A DNA stretch of 64,000 bases from Lepidodermella squamata (lineage: Eukaryota > Animalia > Gastrotricha). Of the stretch, positions 48,686 through 58,923 are shown piece by piece (position 1 is the first letter of the stretch; each line of letters starts with the position of its first letter). A program made the position numbers and the translations under genes. The DNA is taken from assembly GCA_047495785.1 (NCBI GenBank), contig JBLDXI010000019.1:3559881-3623880 (forward strand), written 5' to 3'. The notes beneath the pieces were generated by a model that did no database searches, was not told where the DNA came from, and saw only the letters and a list, made by a program, of their open reading frames with translations.

Positions 48686-50213
48686 TTAAGTACTTATAGT
48701 ACTTAAGTATGTATTTAATATAAACATTGATGTCGGATAGTCAACTTCTACCCCCTTTAGCGACCTATAAAGTTGTTGCGTAATCCATGTTTTTTATCTT
48801 TACGACGTGACATATTTTTGGAGCTGCAGTTGTTGGAGTTGGAGTTTTGAGTTTGGATGCAAACCAGATTTTTTGTTTCTTTCACTTCGTAAGATTGATG
48901 GACTAAATTCGAAGTTATGTCATCTTCAAGACAATGGCTCTCAGTGTAACTAATCATTTGTTTATAGATAAATTGTGGAATTGTTTACAGACTGACGACT
49001 GGCAACATTGGTAACCTCGAATAAAACGAATTAATTAGAAACAGCTTGCAGCTCAGCTCGAAAGGTGGAACTGTATATAGTCCCGGTTGTCATATCATCA
49101 TAGTCCATGGTACCTGAATCGGTAACATGGGACTTTGAGATTGAATAGGATTCTGTGCCGTGCTGAGAATGATGAGGGGCGCACCTCTTGACGCTTGACG
49201 CTGAACGCTTGGCGAGCAACAAGGCCGTGTCCAGGAGCGTGAGCGATAGGAATACATTTCATTGAACATTTTTACCCGGTTATAATACTTGGTCAATCTT
49301 ACCGCTCTAGTACGAGATATAGCGCCCCAATGACCAGAGTCTGATCTTGGATACTGGAGCTGCCAGGGGTGGAAAATATTCAGTATTTGCCAAAATTACT
49401 CGTGATTTCAACCGCAATTTTCAAGAACTCCACGACAACACGCTCCAAAACCACTCAAATTTGCGAAACAGTTGTGGGCACATTTTCATTTTCCTGTCCT
49501 GTTTGGCCGAGCCTGGTGGAATGGAGGACCCCCTTTCAAACTCGCACTCTGCCAATGGCAGCGGAAAGTACTCTGCACCGTGTAATGATTTCCGGACTTG
49601 CAGACAGCAGCAGAGCAGACTCGATCTTTAAATGTAGCCAATAGCTACAAAGATTGTCTCGAAGCGTACCATATTTCATATCACTGCAGATAAACAGCGA
49701 ATTTCTAGTTGAGTTTAACCCGCGTTTTATTTCGCAGAAGCACGATTTTTTTTCAAAAACCTCGTGCATATTTTCCACTGAAATTTTTTAGCGCAACCCC
49801 GCGTGCAGGCCATTCAAACTTTACAGAAGGTTGGGAGGTTGGGAAACTACTTAAACTGCAGACTAGAAAAGCCAGCATCGCCATTAGACTACAGAAATAA
49901 ATTCGATCTGCTGCTTTTCGCCCAGGAACTCAATTTGTGAAACGAAAAAGCGAAGTGATTTCCCTACGCAATATTTATACTTTAATGACGATTTCTATAA
50001 CGTGCTTGAATAGCACAGATTCAGCGACGCTGCCTCCAAAACGCATTAGCTAATGCGCACCTGGGCGACCTCCATTAGTGTCTAAAGTGGTCCGAATCCT
50101 ACGTGTGCTACGCTACCGCAATTTCACATTAACAGCTCTCAACAATTGGAGGAAGATCGCAGGGAAGAATTTTAATGCTTTGCTTCTTCGTAAGTAGTAA
50201 GGATGGGAACTTT

Positions 50214-50430
50214 GGATCAGTAATGGCAGTACGGCGATTTTTACTATAGCCGTTTGGTATAAATATACGCAATTTGGGATCAGTAATGGCAGTACGGCGA
50301 TTTTTACTATAGCCATTTGGCATAAATATACGAGCGTTGTATCAGTAATAGCACTACGGTCATTTTTACTATAACCGTTTCACATAAATATATAAGTGCG
50401 TTTTATCCGTTGCCCCATAAATGTACGCAA
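50214..50430 (+). repeat. Subterminal ~62-bp tandem repeats (2 close copies plus degenerate ones)
   Basis: GGATCAGTAATGGCAGTACGGCGATTTTTACTATAGCC.TTTGG(T/C)ATAAATATACG. Confidence 0.85.
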
Positions 50431-50558
50431 TGTTTATGATAAAATATACAGCGGGCATACTTTTTTTCTAAAACTATTATGAGTCATGCTTTTGCATTCT
50501 TTCTGGGAATTAATTTGTAATATAAAAAATGCACACATGATAATTTATTTTTAATTTT

Positions 50559-50774
50559 TCAATCTTTGTAACAGTAATTACAATTCCAATCACCACAATC
50601 TAGGCTGCATGCCTGATCTCTTGCTCGAGTTGCTATCATAAATCGTGATGCATCATTGATCAATTGTTCAACCTCCAATTGTGTGTTCAACATTTCGTTT
50701 ATAGCTGCTGTCATTGCTCGTTGCAGATGGTCAATGCTTAGCAGTGCTTGATATAAGCGTTCACGACTAAACAT
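50559..50774 (-). CDS. Small coiled-coil protein with a C-terminal 4-Cys motif
   Basis: ATG ORF ending CSLDCGDWNCNYC. Confidence 0.45.
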   Translation of the reverse strand: MFSRERLYQALLSIDHLQRAMTAAINEMLNTQLEVEQLINDASRFMIATRARDQACSLDCGDWNCNYCYKD

Positions 50775-50913
50775 AACAGAATTTATTCAAGATTTTTTAA
50801 AAAAGAACCAAACTTACATGTCTTCTGCTTCCATCAATTTTCTTAGTTTCCAAAAAGATACTTGATTAGATACAGTAATCTAAGAACTCAAGCTAGCTCA
50901 TCTTTTTTCCTGC

Positions 50914-51167
50914 TTTGTCCATTAGCTTATATAAATACACCTTACTTTCCATTAACCTTTTTTGTAAATAAACATTACTTTCTCCTATCAATCCCCCTTA
51001 ACTTTAATCTAAAATATAATAAATATTTTTTACTTTGGCCATTAGCATTTATAAATACTCCTTTCTTTCCTGATATGTCCATTAACTTGTTTTGTAAATA
51101 AACTTTACTTTCTCCTATCAATCCAACTTAACTGTAATCTAAAAAATATAAGAAACATTTTTTTACT
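50914..51167 (+). repeat. ~120-bp imperfect tandem duplication with TATAAATA in each unit, between divergent ORFs
   Basis: CCATTAGC.T.TATAAATAC...TTTTGTAAATAAAC.TTACTTTCTCCTATCAATCC occurs twice. Confidence 0.7.
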
Positions 51168-51227
51168 CAAGGAAAATCGAATAAAAGCAAAGATTAAGGT
51201 AGGGATAGCAAGGTCAAATAAGTTGCT

Positions 51228-52034
51228 ATGATTATTGGCTATGATGAATCTTATGAAGCGATTTTCTACCGAGAAGATTTACTTTTTCCTCCGAAATCAT
51301 TAAATATATCACTAAATACCCTCTCTGGACGCATTACATTCGCTGAAGTCGCCATATTCGATTTGATTGCCAACTCGAAAGGCCAACATATTACTATCGA
51401 TCATGTTTATCTCGGCTACAAAAGAGCCGTTGCTCGTCTCTTCCCATCAACCCACGATGGCACGAATTTTCAACATTTTGCCGAATATAATTTAGCTACC
51501 TGTGCTTCCATCGTTGGGCATGATTTATGGAAGAGCATCCTAAATGATACTACCACGCTCCTTGTTCGCCAGGATGATTTATGGTCGTCCATTTGTCACT
51601 CAATTATTTTTACTGAAAGTGATTACCTTTTGGATGATTGCCTCGACGATAGCCCTAACCCTATTATTGTGTCTGGCCTGGAAGAAAGTTTCTGGTATGG
51701 CCTAACGGCACACCCTACCTACACCGAAGGCCGATATATCTACATCCAACATTTATTTTACGATTTGTTAAAAAACTTTAATGGTGTCAGCGTAAACCTG
51801 CGGCACATATTCTACCTTTTACTTCGGGCAGGTCGTAGGGTCTCAGTAGAAATGCAGAACGTCGTACCTCCACCCTATCAACACGCTCAGAAAATTCCAT
51901 GGGCATCAGTCATCGATGTTCTTAATGGTCAGCAGGAAGGTGCGAATAGTAAATGGCCGGGCATCATGCAACGCTCCATCGCACTACAACCTGTCGCTAC
52001 CGTCTTACCTTTCAACAACAGCTCTTCGACCTAA
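51228..52034 (+). CDS. Hypothetical Polinton protein (268 aa)
   Basis: ATG-initiated ORF of globular composition inside the element; no motif recognised. Confidence 0.65.
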   Translation: MIIGYDESYEAIFYREDLLFPPKSLNISLNTLSGRITFAEVAIFDLIANSKGQHITIDHVYLGYKRAVARLFPSTHDGTNFQHFAEYNLATCASIVGHDLWKSILNDTTTLLVRQDDLWSSICHSIIFTESDYLLDDCLDDSPNPIIVSGLEESFWYGLTAHPTYTEGRYIYIQHLFYDLLKNFNGVSVNLRHIFYLLLRAGRRVSVEMQNVVPPPYQHAQKIPWASVIDVLNGQQEGANSKWPGIMQRSIALQPVATVLPFNNSSST

Positions 52035-52202
52035 TTTGGTCAGTTTATTTTATTTATATAATGCCTTTGTTATTTATTCATTCCTAATCAGAAGGTTCTG
52101 GGGCTCAGCAACTCCAACCAATCACCGCGGCCGGCTTCCGTCATTCGATCATTTTTCATTTCAAACGCAAGAACTTTGAATATTATTCTTCTTACTGAAT
52201 TT

Positions 52203-53314
52203 ATGGAAGCTTTCTTCAATTCATCTCCGGCTTCTCCATTGTTTTTTTCTAACAATGATTTCGTACCAATAAACCTGAATGAACCGAATACGAGTACGTT
52301 TACCAAGGAACCTGTTGAACAAACATCAGCCTCTAGATTAGCAAAAACTGCGGTTCGTAATCAACCGAAACGCAATGCTAAACATAAAATTCAGAAAAAA
52401 GTCATAGGTACTGAGAAGAAATCAGTTGCTAAATCGGCGAAAACGCCATGCAAGGCGAAAAATAAACCAGCTGTTCCAATTACCAATCATGAGTCACGAA
52501 AGCAAGATTCTGTCGCCTCTTTTTTGGTCATGATTTGCCCTCAACCTATCGCAAAGTTCAAACAGAAACAGCTGAAATCAAGTATGTTACAAGCCTTCAA
52601 TCAGCCGCATCACAGTCGACCACGATCATAAATTTGACTATATCCTATCCTGTTGATTTAAAGCTACAATCTAGCACTGAACCTTTTTTTCTATTGAAAT
52701 CCCCACCATTAAATATGGAAGTAAATAATATACAATATGATATTGATTACTCTATTTCAAATATTATGGCTAAATCAAGGTCAAATTTTCTATTTAATTT
52801 AGATAGTCTAGCCCTAATTTTACCTTGTGCAAAATATAACCCAAAAAAAATGTCGAGTGCTTTGTTCTATAAAGTACCTGCTTTTAACGCGACGTTTTTA
52901 TTATTTTCATCCGGAGCTATAATTTGTAGTGGTACCAAAACAGCCTCGAATTGTGTTACTGCTTTTGGAGTTCTTCAAGCTACACTCAGAAAAATTGTTA
53001 ATCGACGGTTGATAATCCGTGACCCAATAATTACTAATATAGTATTGTTCTACGATTTACATAAAACTGTCAATCTTAGCCTGCTAGCTTTTCAATTTCC
53101 TAAAATATGCGTTTACCAACCAGAATTTTTTCCTGGGTTGCGTATACGTGTTTTCTCCAAAGTCAGCACTAATGAAAATGAACCAAAGTTAAATGTATCT
53201 GCCACACTGTTTCACACTGGAAAAATGATTATGAGCGGCTGTTTTTCGTTATCTCTTATAAAAATAGCATTTGTTAAATTGGCGCCTTTTTTTCTGTATA
53301 TCAAACAACAATAA
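52203..53314 (+). CDS. TATA-box-binding protein (TBP) homolog; core in ORF 52535..53314, N-terminal extension possibly joined across a 1-bp indel in the T-run at 52520-52525
   Basis: Two TBP repeats: ISNIMA...LDSLA...AKYNPKK...ATFLLFSSGAIICSGTK and ITNIV...VNLSLLA...YQPEFFPGL...ATLFHTGKMIMSG. Confidence 0.88.
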
Positions 53315-53478
53315 AATGATTTAATGAATGAGGGAAGATTAATCGCGTGCCGTCTTTTTTTAAGCTAAAATCATTATTTCTACTTTCATCATTATCTATC
53401 AATTTTCAAAATTCGCAGCAGAAATAAAAATATGGCTATCGGTAAATTTCCCCGTTTTTAAAGTCTTCGTAATTTATT

Positions 53479-53748
53479 ATGCATCAAACAACAGATATTC
53501 CGCGTGCTGTTTTACCGATCCTATTGCTGCTATCCCTGGTTACCATTTTAATCAGCTTTTTCGCTGTTATGGAAGTTCGCAATACTCAAGCCGAACTCCT
53601 TCACCTGCGGCAACTTGTCGAGTCTACTGAGCGGATGTTATATAATATAAATGATTTATTATTCCACTTAAACGGTGATTTATTTAGCCACATGGCTAAT
53701 TGTTCGGTTGTCCCTACTTGCCGTAAATTAGCTATAAAGAAGAATTAG
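53479..53748 (+). CDS. Small membrane-anchored coiled-coil protein
   Basis: Hydrophobic AVLPILLLLSLVTILISFFAVM followed by a heptad-like segment. Confidence 0.65.
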   Translation: MHQTTDIPRAVLPILLLLSLVTILISFFAVMEVRNTQAELLHLRQLVESTERMLYNINDLLFHLNGDLFSHMANCSVVPTCRKLAIKKN

Positions 53749-53751
53749 GTC

Positions 53752-54963
53752 ATGCCACGTAATAAACACAATGCGAGACGTCTAGCTGAAGGAGATGCTA
53801 AAATAAACCACAGGTCAGACTTGAAATCGTTTGTTTTGAGCTTCTATAATGATCCGAAACATGTTGGATCATTTCAAGGCCTGCGCAGATTATACTCAAC
53901 ACTTAAAGCTACATTACCCTTAGAGCTGAGAAATTCCCTTACTCATAAAAAACTAGCTGAGATTATGAGCCATGATCGAACATATTCATTATATAAACCA
54001 CTAAGTGTAAGAAACCGGAAGCAATTCATGCAATATGAAGTTTATGCTAGAAGTGACCTCTTTCTAGGTGATCTTCTTGAAGTTCAAGATTCAAGCCAAG
54101 ATAATGATGGAACCCGCTATTTACTTACAATCAAAGACTGTTTTACGCGTTATGCTTTCTGTATTCCCTTACTTAACAAAGAAGGAAATTACACTGCTGA
54201 GAAGATCAGTAATTTTTTGAGCAGCCTAACACCTGATTTGCGTTGCCGCTCTTTCACTACAGATTCTGGCGGAGAATTTATCAACAAAGAAGCTAAAAAA
54301 ATATTTAAAAAATTCAATGTTTATTATTACACTACAACCTCCATGTTCAAGTGTTCACCCATAGAAATTTTCAACCGTTGGCTTCGTAGAACTATTTCGA
54401 GGCATCAAATTGCAAATCATACGCTGCGTTACATCGATTACTTACCTTTTTTCTTAGCGTCTTACAATCAAATGAAAAATCGCAGCACTAGGGTTGCCCC
54501 GTTAGAATTATGGCTAGCTTCCCCAGAAGATCCTATAAATTTGGTTGCTTACAATAATGTTTTTGGAAAAAGAGATCAATTGATGCTTGAAAAGCGCAAG
54601 AATTTACTATACAAACCGACTTTTTCTGTCGGTGATTGTGTTAGAATTAGTCGTGTAAAGGATTTATTTCACAAAGAAGGAGATTTCATTTTTACTGAAG
54701 AATATTTTTTTATCGACCGCATAGATACTTGTACCATCCCCGACAAGTATTATCTCCGTGATACTCTGAATAAGCGTATTCAAGGTAGTTTTTACGATTG
54801 GCAGCTTCAGATAGCACATCCGCAAGAAACATATTTAATAGAAAAAGTTCTGAAGCATCGCACTATAAATGGCAAGAAACAGGCTCTTGTGAAATGGCAA
54901 AACTGGCCGATTGAAGCCGCTAGTTGGATTGATGCAAACGAGATCAAAACCTTGGCCTCATGA
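53752..54963 (+). CDS. Polinton retroviral-type (rve) integrase with a C-terminal chromodomain
   Basis: YNDP..GSF.G; DDE triad GDLLE / TDSGGEF / IEIFNR; FSVGDCVRIS; YLIEKVLKHR...LVKWQNWP...SWI. Confidence 0.95.
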   Translation: MPRNKHNARRLAEGDAKINHRSDLKSFVLSFYNDPKHVGSFQGLRRLYSTLKATLPLELRNSLTHKKLAEIMSHDRTYSLYKPLSVRNRKQFMQYEVYARSDLFLGDLLEVQDSSQDNDGTRYLLTIKDCFTRYAFCIPLLNKEGNYTAEKISNFLSSLTPDLRCRSFTTDSGGEFINKEAKKIFKKFNVYYYTTTSMFKCSPIEIFNRWLRRTISRHQIANHTLRYIDYLPFFLASYNQMKNRSTRVAPLELWLASPEDPINLVAYNNVFGKRDQLMLEKRKNLLYKPTFSVGDCVRISRVKDLFHKEGDFIFTEEYFFIDRIDTCTIPDKYYLRDTLNKRIQGSFYDWQLQIAHPQETYLIEKVLKHRTINGKKQALVKWQNWPIEAASWIDANEIKTLAS

Positions 54964-55163
54964 ATAGAGTTCCTACGACTCCACTCTTAGCTTTCCTACA
55001 AAAGCCATCTGTGCGTGTAGGGGCCTACATTTTTTTCCTTCTAATAACCGTTTGGCTTATAGAAATTTCAAACTATTTATTCAAAACTAAGCTCCCCCCT
55101 TTTGGCAACAGCGCAATCCTTACTTTAGAAAAGATAGATAAGGATAACATAACAAATGCTTAG
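54960..55163 (+). CDS. Small hydrophobic protein overlapping both neighbouring genes
   Basis: ATGA overlap with the integrase stop; TM-like VGAYIFFLLITVWLI. Confidence 0.55.
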   Translation: MNRVPTTPLLAFLQKPSVRVGAYIFFLLITVWLIEISNYLFKTKLPPFGNSAILTLEKIDKDNITNA

Positions 55164-56376
55164 CATCCAGGAGGACTTCTTTATTTATTTACCCTCGAAT
55201 GCCTCATATTCTCAACATCCGGCGAATACTCCGTCGGATTATCAAGTTGCTCTCCCTGTCCCAATTTGCGTACCCGATTGCCGTGCTTATGAAGTAGCCC
55301 TACTTGAGGCTACAATTCCTGTTAGGTGGAGTAGCATTGATCGTCATACAGTCTATGTGCTTGATTGTAACTGGCTGAAATCTTTTAAAAACGACATTAT
55401 TGCTAATTATTTAACAAATCCTGGCTCTTTGCCACATCGGATGAAAAGTTTCAACAATCCATGGGAAACTGGCTTTATTAACAAAGTAAATTTCGGAGGT
55501 GAATATTTTGCGAATATAACCAAACTAATCGATCACTTTAATGAAAAAATATCCATCTCAAGTAGTAATGGCTCTATTTTTGCTCATTATGATTCAGTCA
55601 ACAAAAAAACTAAAATTACCTGTAAATGGCCATATTCTATGTTTATACCTTCAGATTCTGCTGGCCTCTTAGGTTTTGTGTCTCCAATAGAACAGAATAC
55701 ACCGTCTGGAGTTTTCATTTTTCCCAAGGCCCCAAAAAATGACGAGCCAGAATTTAATGAAGTTTCCACTTTTGATATAAAGTCAACGTATGCCTTGGCA
55801 TATGCGTGGAATATGAGCCACCAAATTCGTGAAAATCCACACATTTTATTCAACTCAGTTGGGATTGTTAGGCTTTCTAGCAGACCAAAACTTAAGGAGG
55901 ATGCAAATAATGAGACAGCGGCGGTAGAAAATCAAGAAGGCGTAAATTCAGCACAGCACTTTGATTTTTCTGAGCAAACAGTAATCACCAAAGATAATGA
56001 TTTACCGCCTGCCTTTATTTATGCATGCTATGAAGAAAGTGCTACAGCTCAATACAACATTCAGTTGAATTATGGCAATAACTCACTGTTCATTTACTGC
56101 TCAGTTGCAGCGGATGTTTTTGTTGGAGATTGCCAAGCTAGCCTCCTTCGAATGATAACCTATTCTACGATGGCTTCTGCTACGGCAAATTCAGACTTGT
56201 CATCACATTTTACAGTGATTTATAACTCGGGCCTATATTTACCTTTAAAAGCCAATTTTATAGATTCAATTCAAGTTCAAATCCGCCGCGATAACGGGGC
56301 ATTGATCGATTTTGTGGATGGTAGCAAAGTTGTATTGCTACTTCATATTCGCCGAAAAACCGGAGCCTTATATTAA
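55156..56376 (+). CDS. Polinton minor capsid (penton) protein
   Basis: N-terminal FFIYLPSNAS...P.NT.SDY...LP...YEVALLE...P and C-terminal LFIYC.V...VGD..A.LLR...YLPL..NFIDSIQVQI...G..IDF..G.KV.L.LHIRR. Confidence 0.85.
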   Translation: MLSIQEDFFIYLPSNASYSQHPANTPSDYQVALPVPICVPDCRAYEVALLEATIPVRWSSIDRHTVYVLDCNWLKSFKNDIIANYLTNPGSLPHRMKSFNNPWETGFINKVNFGGEYFANITKLIDHFNEKISISSSNGSIFAHYDSVNKKTKITCKWPYSMFIPSDSAGLLGFVSPIEQNTPSGVFIFPKAPKNDEPEFNEVSTFDIKSTYALAYAWNMSHQIRENPHILFNSVGIVRLSSRPKLKEDANNETAAVENQEGVNSAQHFDFSEQTVITKDNDLPPAFIYACYEESATAQYNIQLNYGNNSLFIYCSVAADVFVGDCQASLLRMITYSTMASATANSDLSSHFTVIYNSGLYLPLKANFIDSIQVQIRRDNGALIDFVDGSKVVLLLHIRRKTGALY

Positions 56377-56414
56377 TATAAGTGGCTGAGTTCTAATTAT
56401 TAATATTACCGAAG

Positions 56415-56957
56415 ATGCCCCTAGCTTATTCTAACCAAAACGTTGACAAGTACCAGCAGTTTTTTCTCCGCCAACACTCCTCCCCGCTGATAGCAGGCTA
56501 TGGAGCTGGAGCGGGTGCTAACCTGGACCATTTCCGTGGGGCAACAATTCAATTTCCATATCATTATAGGGGTCAGGGAATAGGAAATATATTAGGTGCC
56601 TTTTTCAGAAATTTCTTCCCAGTAATTGCTCCGTCTATTTTTCAACAAGCATTATCTACTGGCCAAAAAATATTAGGTGATATGCAACAACCTGAGGGCG
56701 CTAGACCTAGTTTTACCGAATCCCTTAAGCGTCATGGCACTTCAGGCGCCTTAAACATGGCTAAGGATATTGCTGAAACGGCTTTGAAGCAACATCAAGG
56801 CGGTGGAGGTGGCCGTAAAAGGCGCCGTCGTCGTGGCCCTAGTAAAACTAGTAGTGTGACTGCAAAACGTAGGCGCCGTGCTTCTACTACAAAAAGAAAG
56901 GCTTATAAAAGGAAAAGACGCGCAACAACTAAATCAGTGCTATTTGAAGCGTCTTGA
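56415..56957 (+). CDS. Conserved Polinton GxG protein with an Arg/Lys-rich tail (virion core/membrane-active candidate)
   Basis: YRGQGIGNILGAFFRNFFP amphipathic segment, HQGGG, then RKRRRRR...KRKRR. Confidence 0.75.
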   Translation: MPLAYSNQNVDKYQQFFLRQHSSPLIAGYGAGAGANLDHFRGATIQFPYHYRGQGIGNILGAFFRNFFPVIAPSIFQQALSTGQKILGDMQQPEGARPSFTESLKRHGTSGALNMAKDIAETALKQHQGGGGGRKRRRRRGPSKTSSVTAKRRRRASTTKRKAYKRKRRATTKSVLFEAS

Positions 56958-56990
56958 GCCCATTGCTGCGTTTGATTCTTCAAATTTGTA

Positions 56991-58481
56991 ATGGAAGGCT
57001 TTGGAGATAATTTTGTTCACCCAGCCTCAGCCTCTTCAATAGTATTATCTTCAGATTTAGATTTATTTACTGTACCGCCTTCACAGCTTGCTGAAGAAAA
57101 CCAAATAAGTATAGATGTTTACCCAATTGCCCCTCTTAATAGTTCACCGAACCTGATTGAGTTTCAAATCGGCCCGTACAATGATTATTTGTGTCTGTCA
57201 CGCATGCAACTGATGCTCAAGTGGAAAGTAGTTAGAACCCCTTCTGAAGCTCGGAAGAAAAATGCTGGCGAAGCTGACGATGCATACAACGAGTATAAGG
57301 CTAGTCTTTCGGCTACAAATTTACAAAAAGCCCCGCTTTGTTTAGCCCACCACACAATGTTCAAAACATGCGAGATTTCACTAAATGGGCAACTTTTAAG
57401 TGAACAAAATTCATTATACGCTTATCGGGCCTATATTTCAACGCTTTTGTCTCATAATACTGATGCAAAAAACACGATATTACAGACACAATTTTGGTAT
57501 CCTGATACAGCTAAAAAACTGGATAATTTTGACAATTCAAACGAGGGATTTAAAAAACGGTTGGAAATTGTTCAGGGCGGGAAATCTGTGTGCACCCTGG
57601 GACGCCTGTTTGCAGATCCTATGCTGTGTAATAGGCTACTTCTACCTAATGTTGAAGTCCGCATCAAGCTCTATAGGGCATCTAACAATTTTGCTTTGGT
57701 TGGGCCGAGCACAGCTGATCCTCACTCAATCGTCATTGAATCTGCAAAAATTATTGCCCGGGCTGTTGTTGTGTCGCCGGACATAGTGATTGCTCATACG
57801 CGTGCGCTGGAAAAAACTAACGCCAAATATCCTATAATGAGAGTTCGAACAAGGCTTTTTCACATACCAAGTAGTGTTTTGAGTTACAGTGTAAGTTTGC
57901 TCATCGCGCGTTTCTAAGTCAATTTTTAAAACTCTAATGGTTTAACAGATACCACAATGTATTAATGGTAAGCTTCCAAGGCGTATGTTTTTCTGTTTTT
58001 TTTGAAGATTCCGCCCTGAATGGAACGGCGGGTAAAAATCCATTGAATGCATTACACAGCCAGCTATCCCGAATATCGATTTATTTGGGCAATGAACTAC
58101 ATCACTCAACAGCTCCCTTGAAATGGATTTTGCAAATGGAGATGTCACCAGAGTCTATTTGGAGCTTCTCAATGCTATCAACCCAGATAACCCTTTCAAG
58201 GCATCTACGTTAACTATGGATCAGTTTATTAATGGTTTCACAATTTTTGGTTTCGATTTATCGCGCAACTCCTCGTTGCAAAATTACTCAGTTATACGCA
58301 CAGGTACCTGCAGAGTAGAGTTGAGTTTTGCTGTTCAAACAACAATTGTTACTCAGCTGTTAGTATTAACTGAAACTGATTCAGTTTTTGAGGTATCATC
58401 TTTTTTCATAAAATTAAAATTGCCTTAAAATTCAAATTTTTTAAGATCACACGAACGCGTGACGTAATTGTTGATTCTTAA
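56991..58481 (+). CDS. Polinton major capsid protein (double jelly-roll); predicted exons 56991-57890, 57949-58392, 58446-58481; two 1-bp indels in exon 2 of this copy
   Basis: SDLDLFTVPPSQ, IEF, YAYRAYI.TLL, RLLLPNVEVRIKL.R, AKYPI.RV, GKLPRR, ALNG...KNPLN, FGFDLS, VEL.FA. Confidence 0.9.
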
Positions 58482-58491
58482 GCAGTTTTTC

Positions 58492-58923
58492 ATGTACAAC
58501 AATGAATTGGAAGATTTCATCCGGATTGATCCAGTACTAAAAAAGTTTGACATTTTTGTTGTAGCCGCTGATCAGCTACCACAGCAGCTTCCTATTGTGA
58601 AAAATAATCCACAATTGATTATCTGTAACACAGGAAATGTATACAATTCTACAGGAAAGCACTGGGTCACACTGTTTGTTCACAGCGCACAGCATCCTGA
58701 TGAGCCCTGTGAGTTTTTCGATAGCCTTAACCTTTCCCCTTCCTATCATAACCTCTATATCGACAACTTTTTGAAAGCGAATAGCCAAACAGAAGTGCCG
58801 TACATTCATTGCAATAGGTCTTACCAGCATGTTTTTTCACAAATCTGCGGCTTATGGGCTCTATATTACAGCATGCTTCGAGCGCGAGGTAAAGACATGC
58901 ACCAAATTTTGAGGCATTTTTAA
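58492..58923 (+). CDS. Adenain-like (C5) cysteine protease, probably C-terminally truncated at the fold-back junction
   Basis: ICNT...GKHWV, EFFDS and YQ...SQICG give the His-Asp-(Gln)-Cys order of adenoviral proteases. Confidence 0.9.
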   Translation: MYNNELEDFIRIDPVLKKFDIFVVAADQLPQQLPIVKNNPQLIICNTGNVYNSTGKHWVTLFVHSAQHPDEPCEFFDSLNLSPSYHNLYIDNFLKANSQTEVPYIHCNRSYQHVFSQICGLWALYYSMLRARGKDMHQILRHF

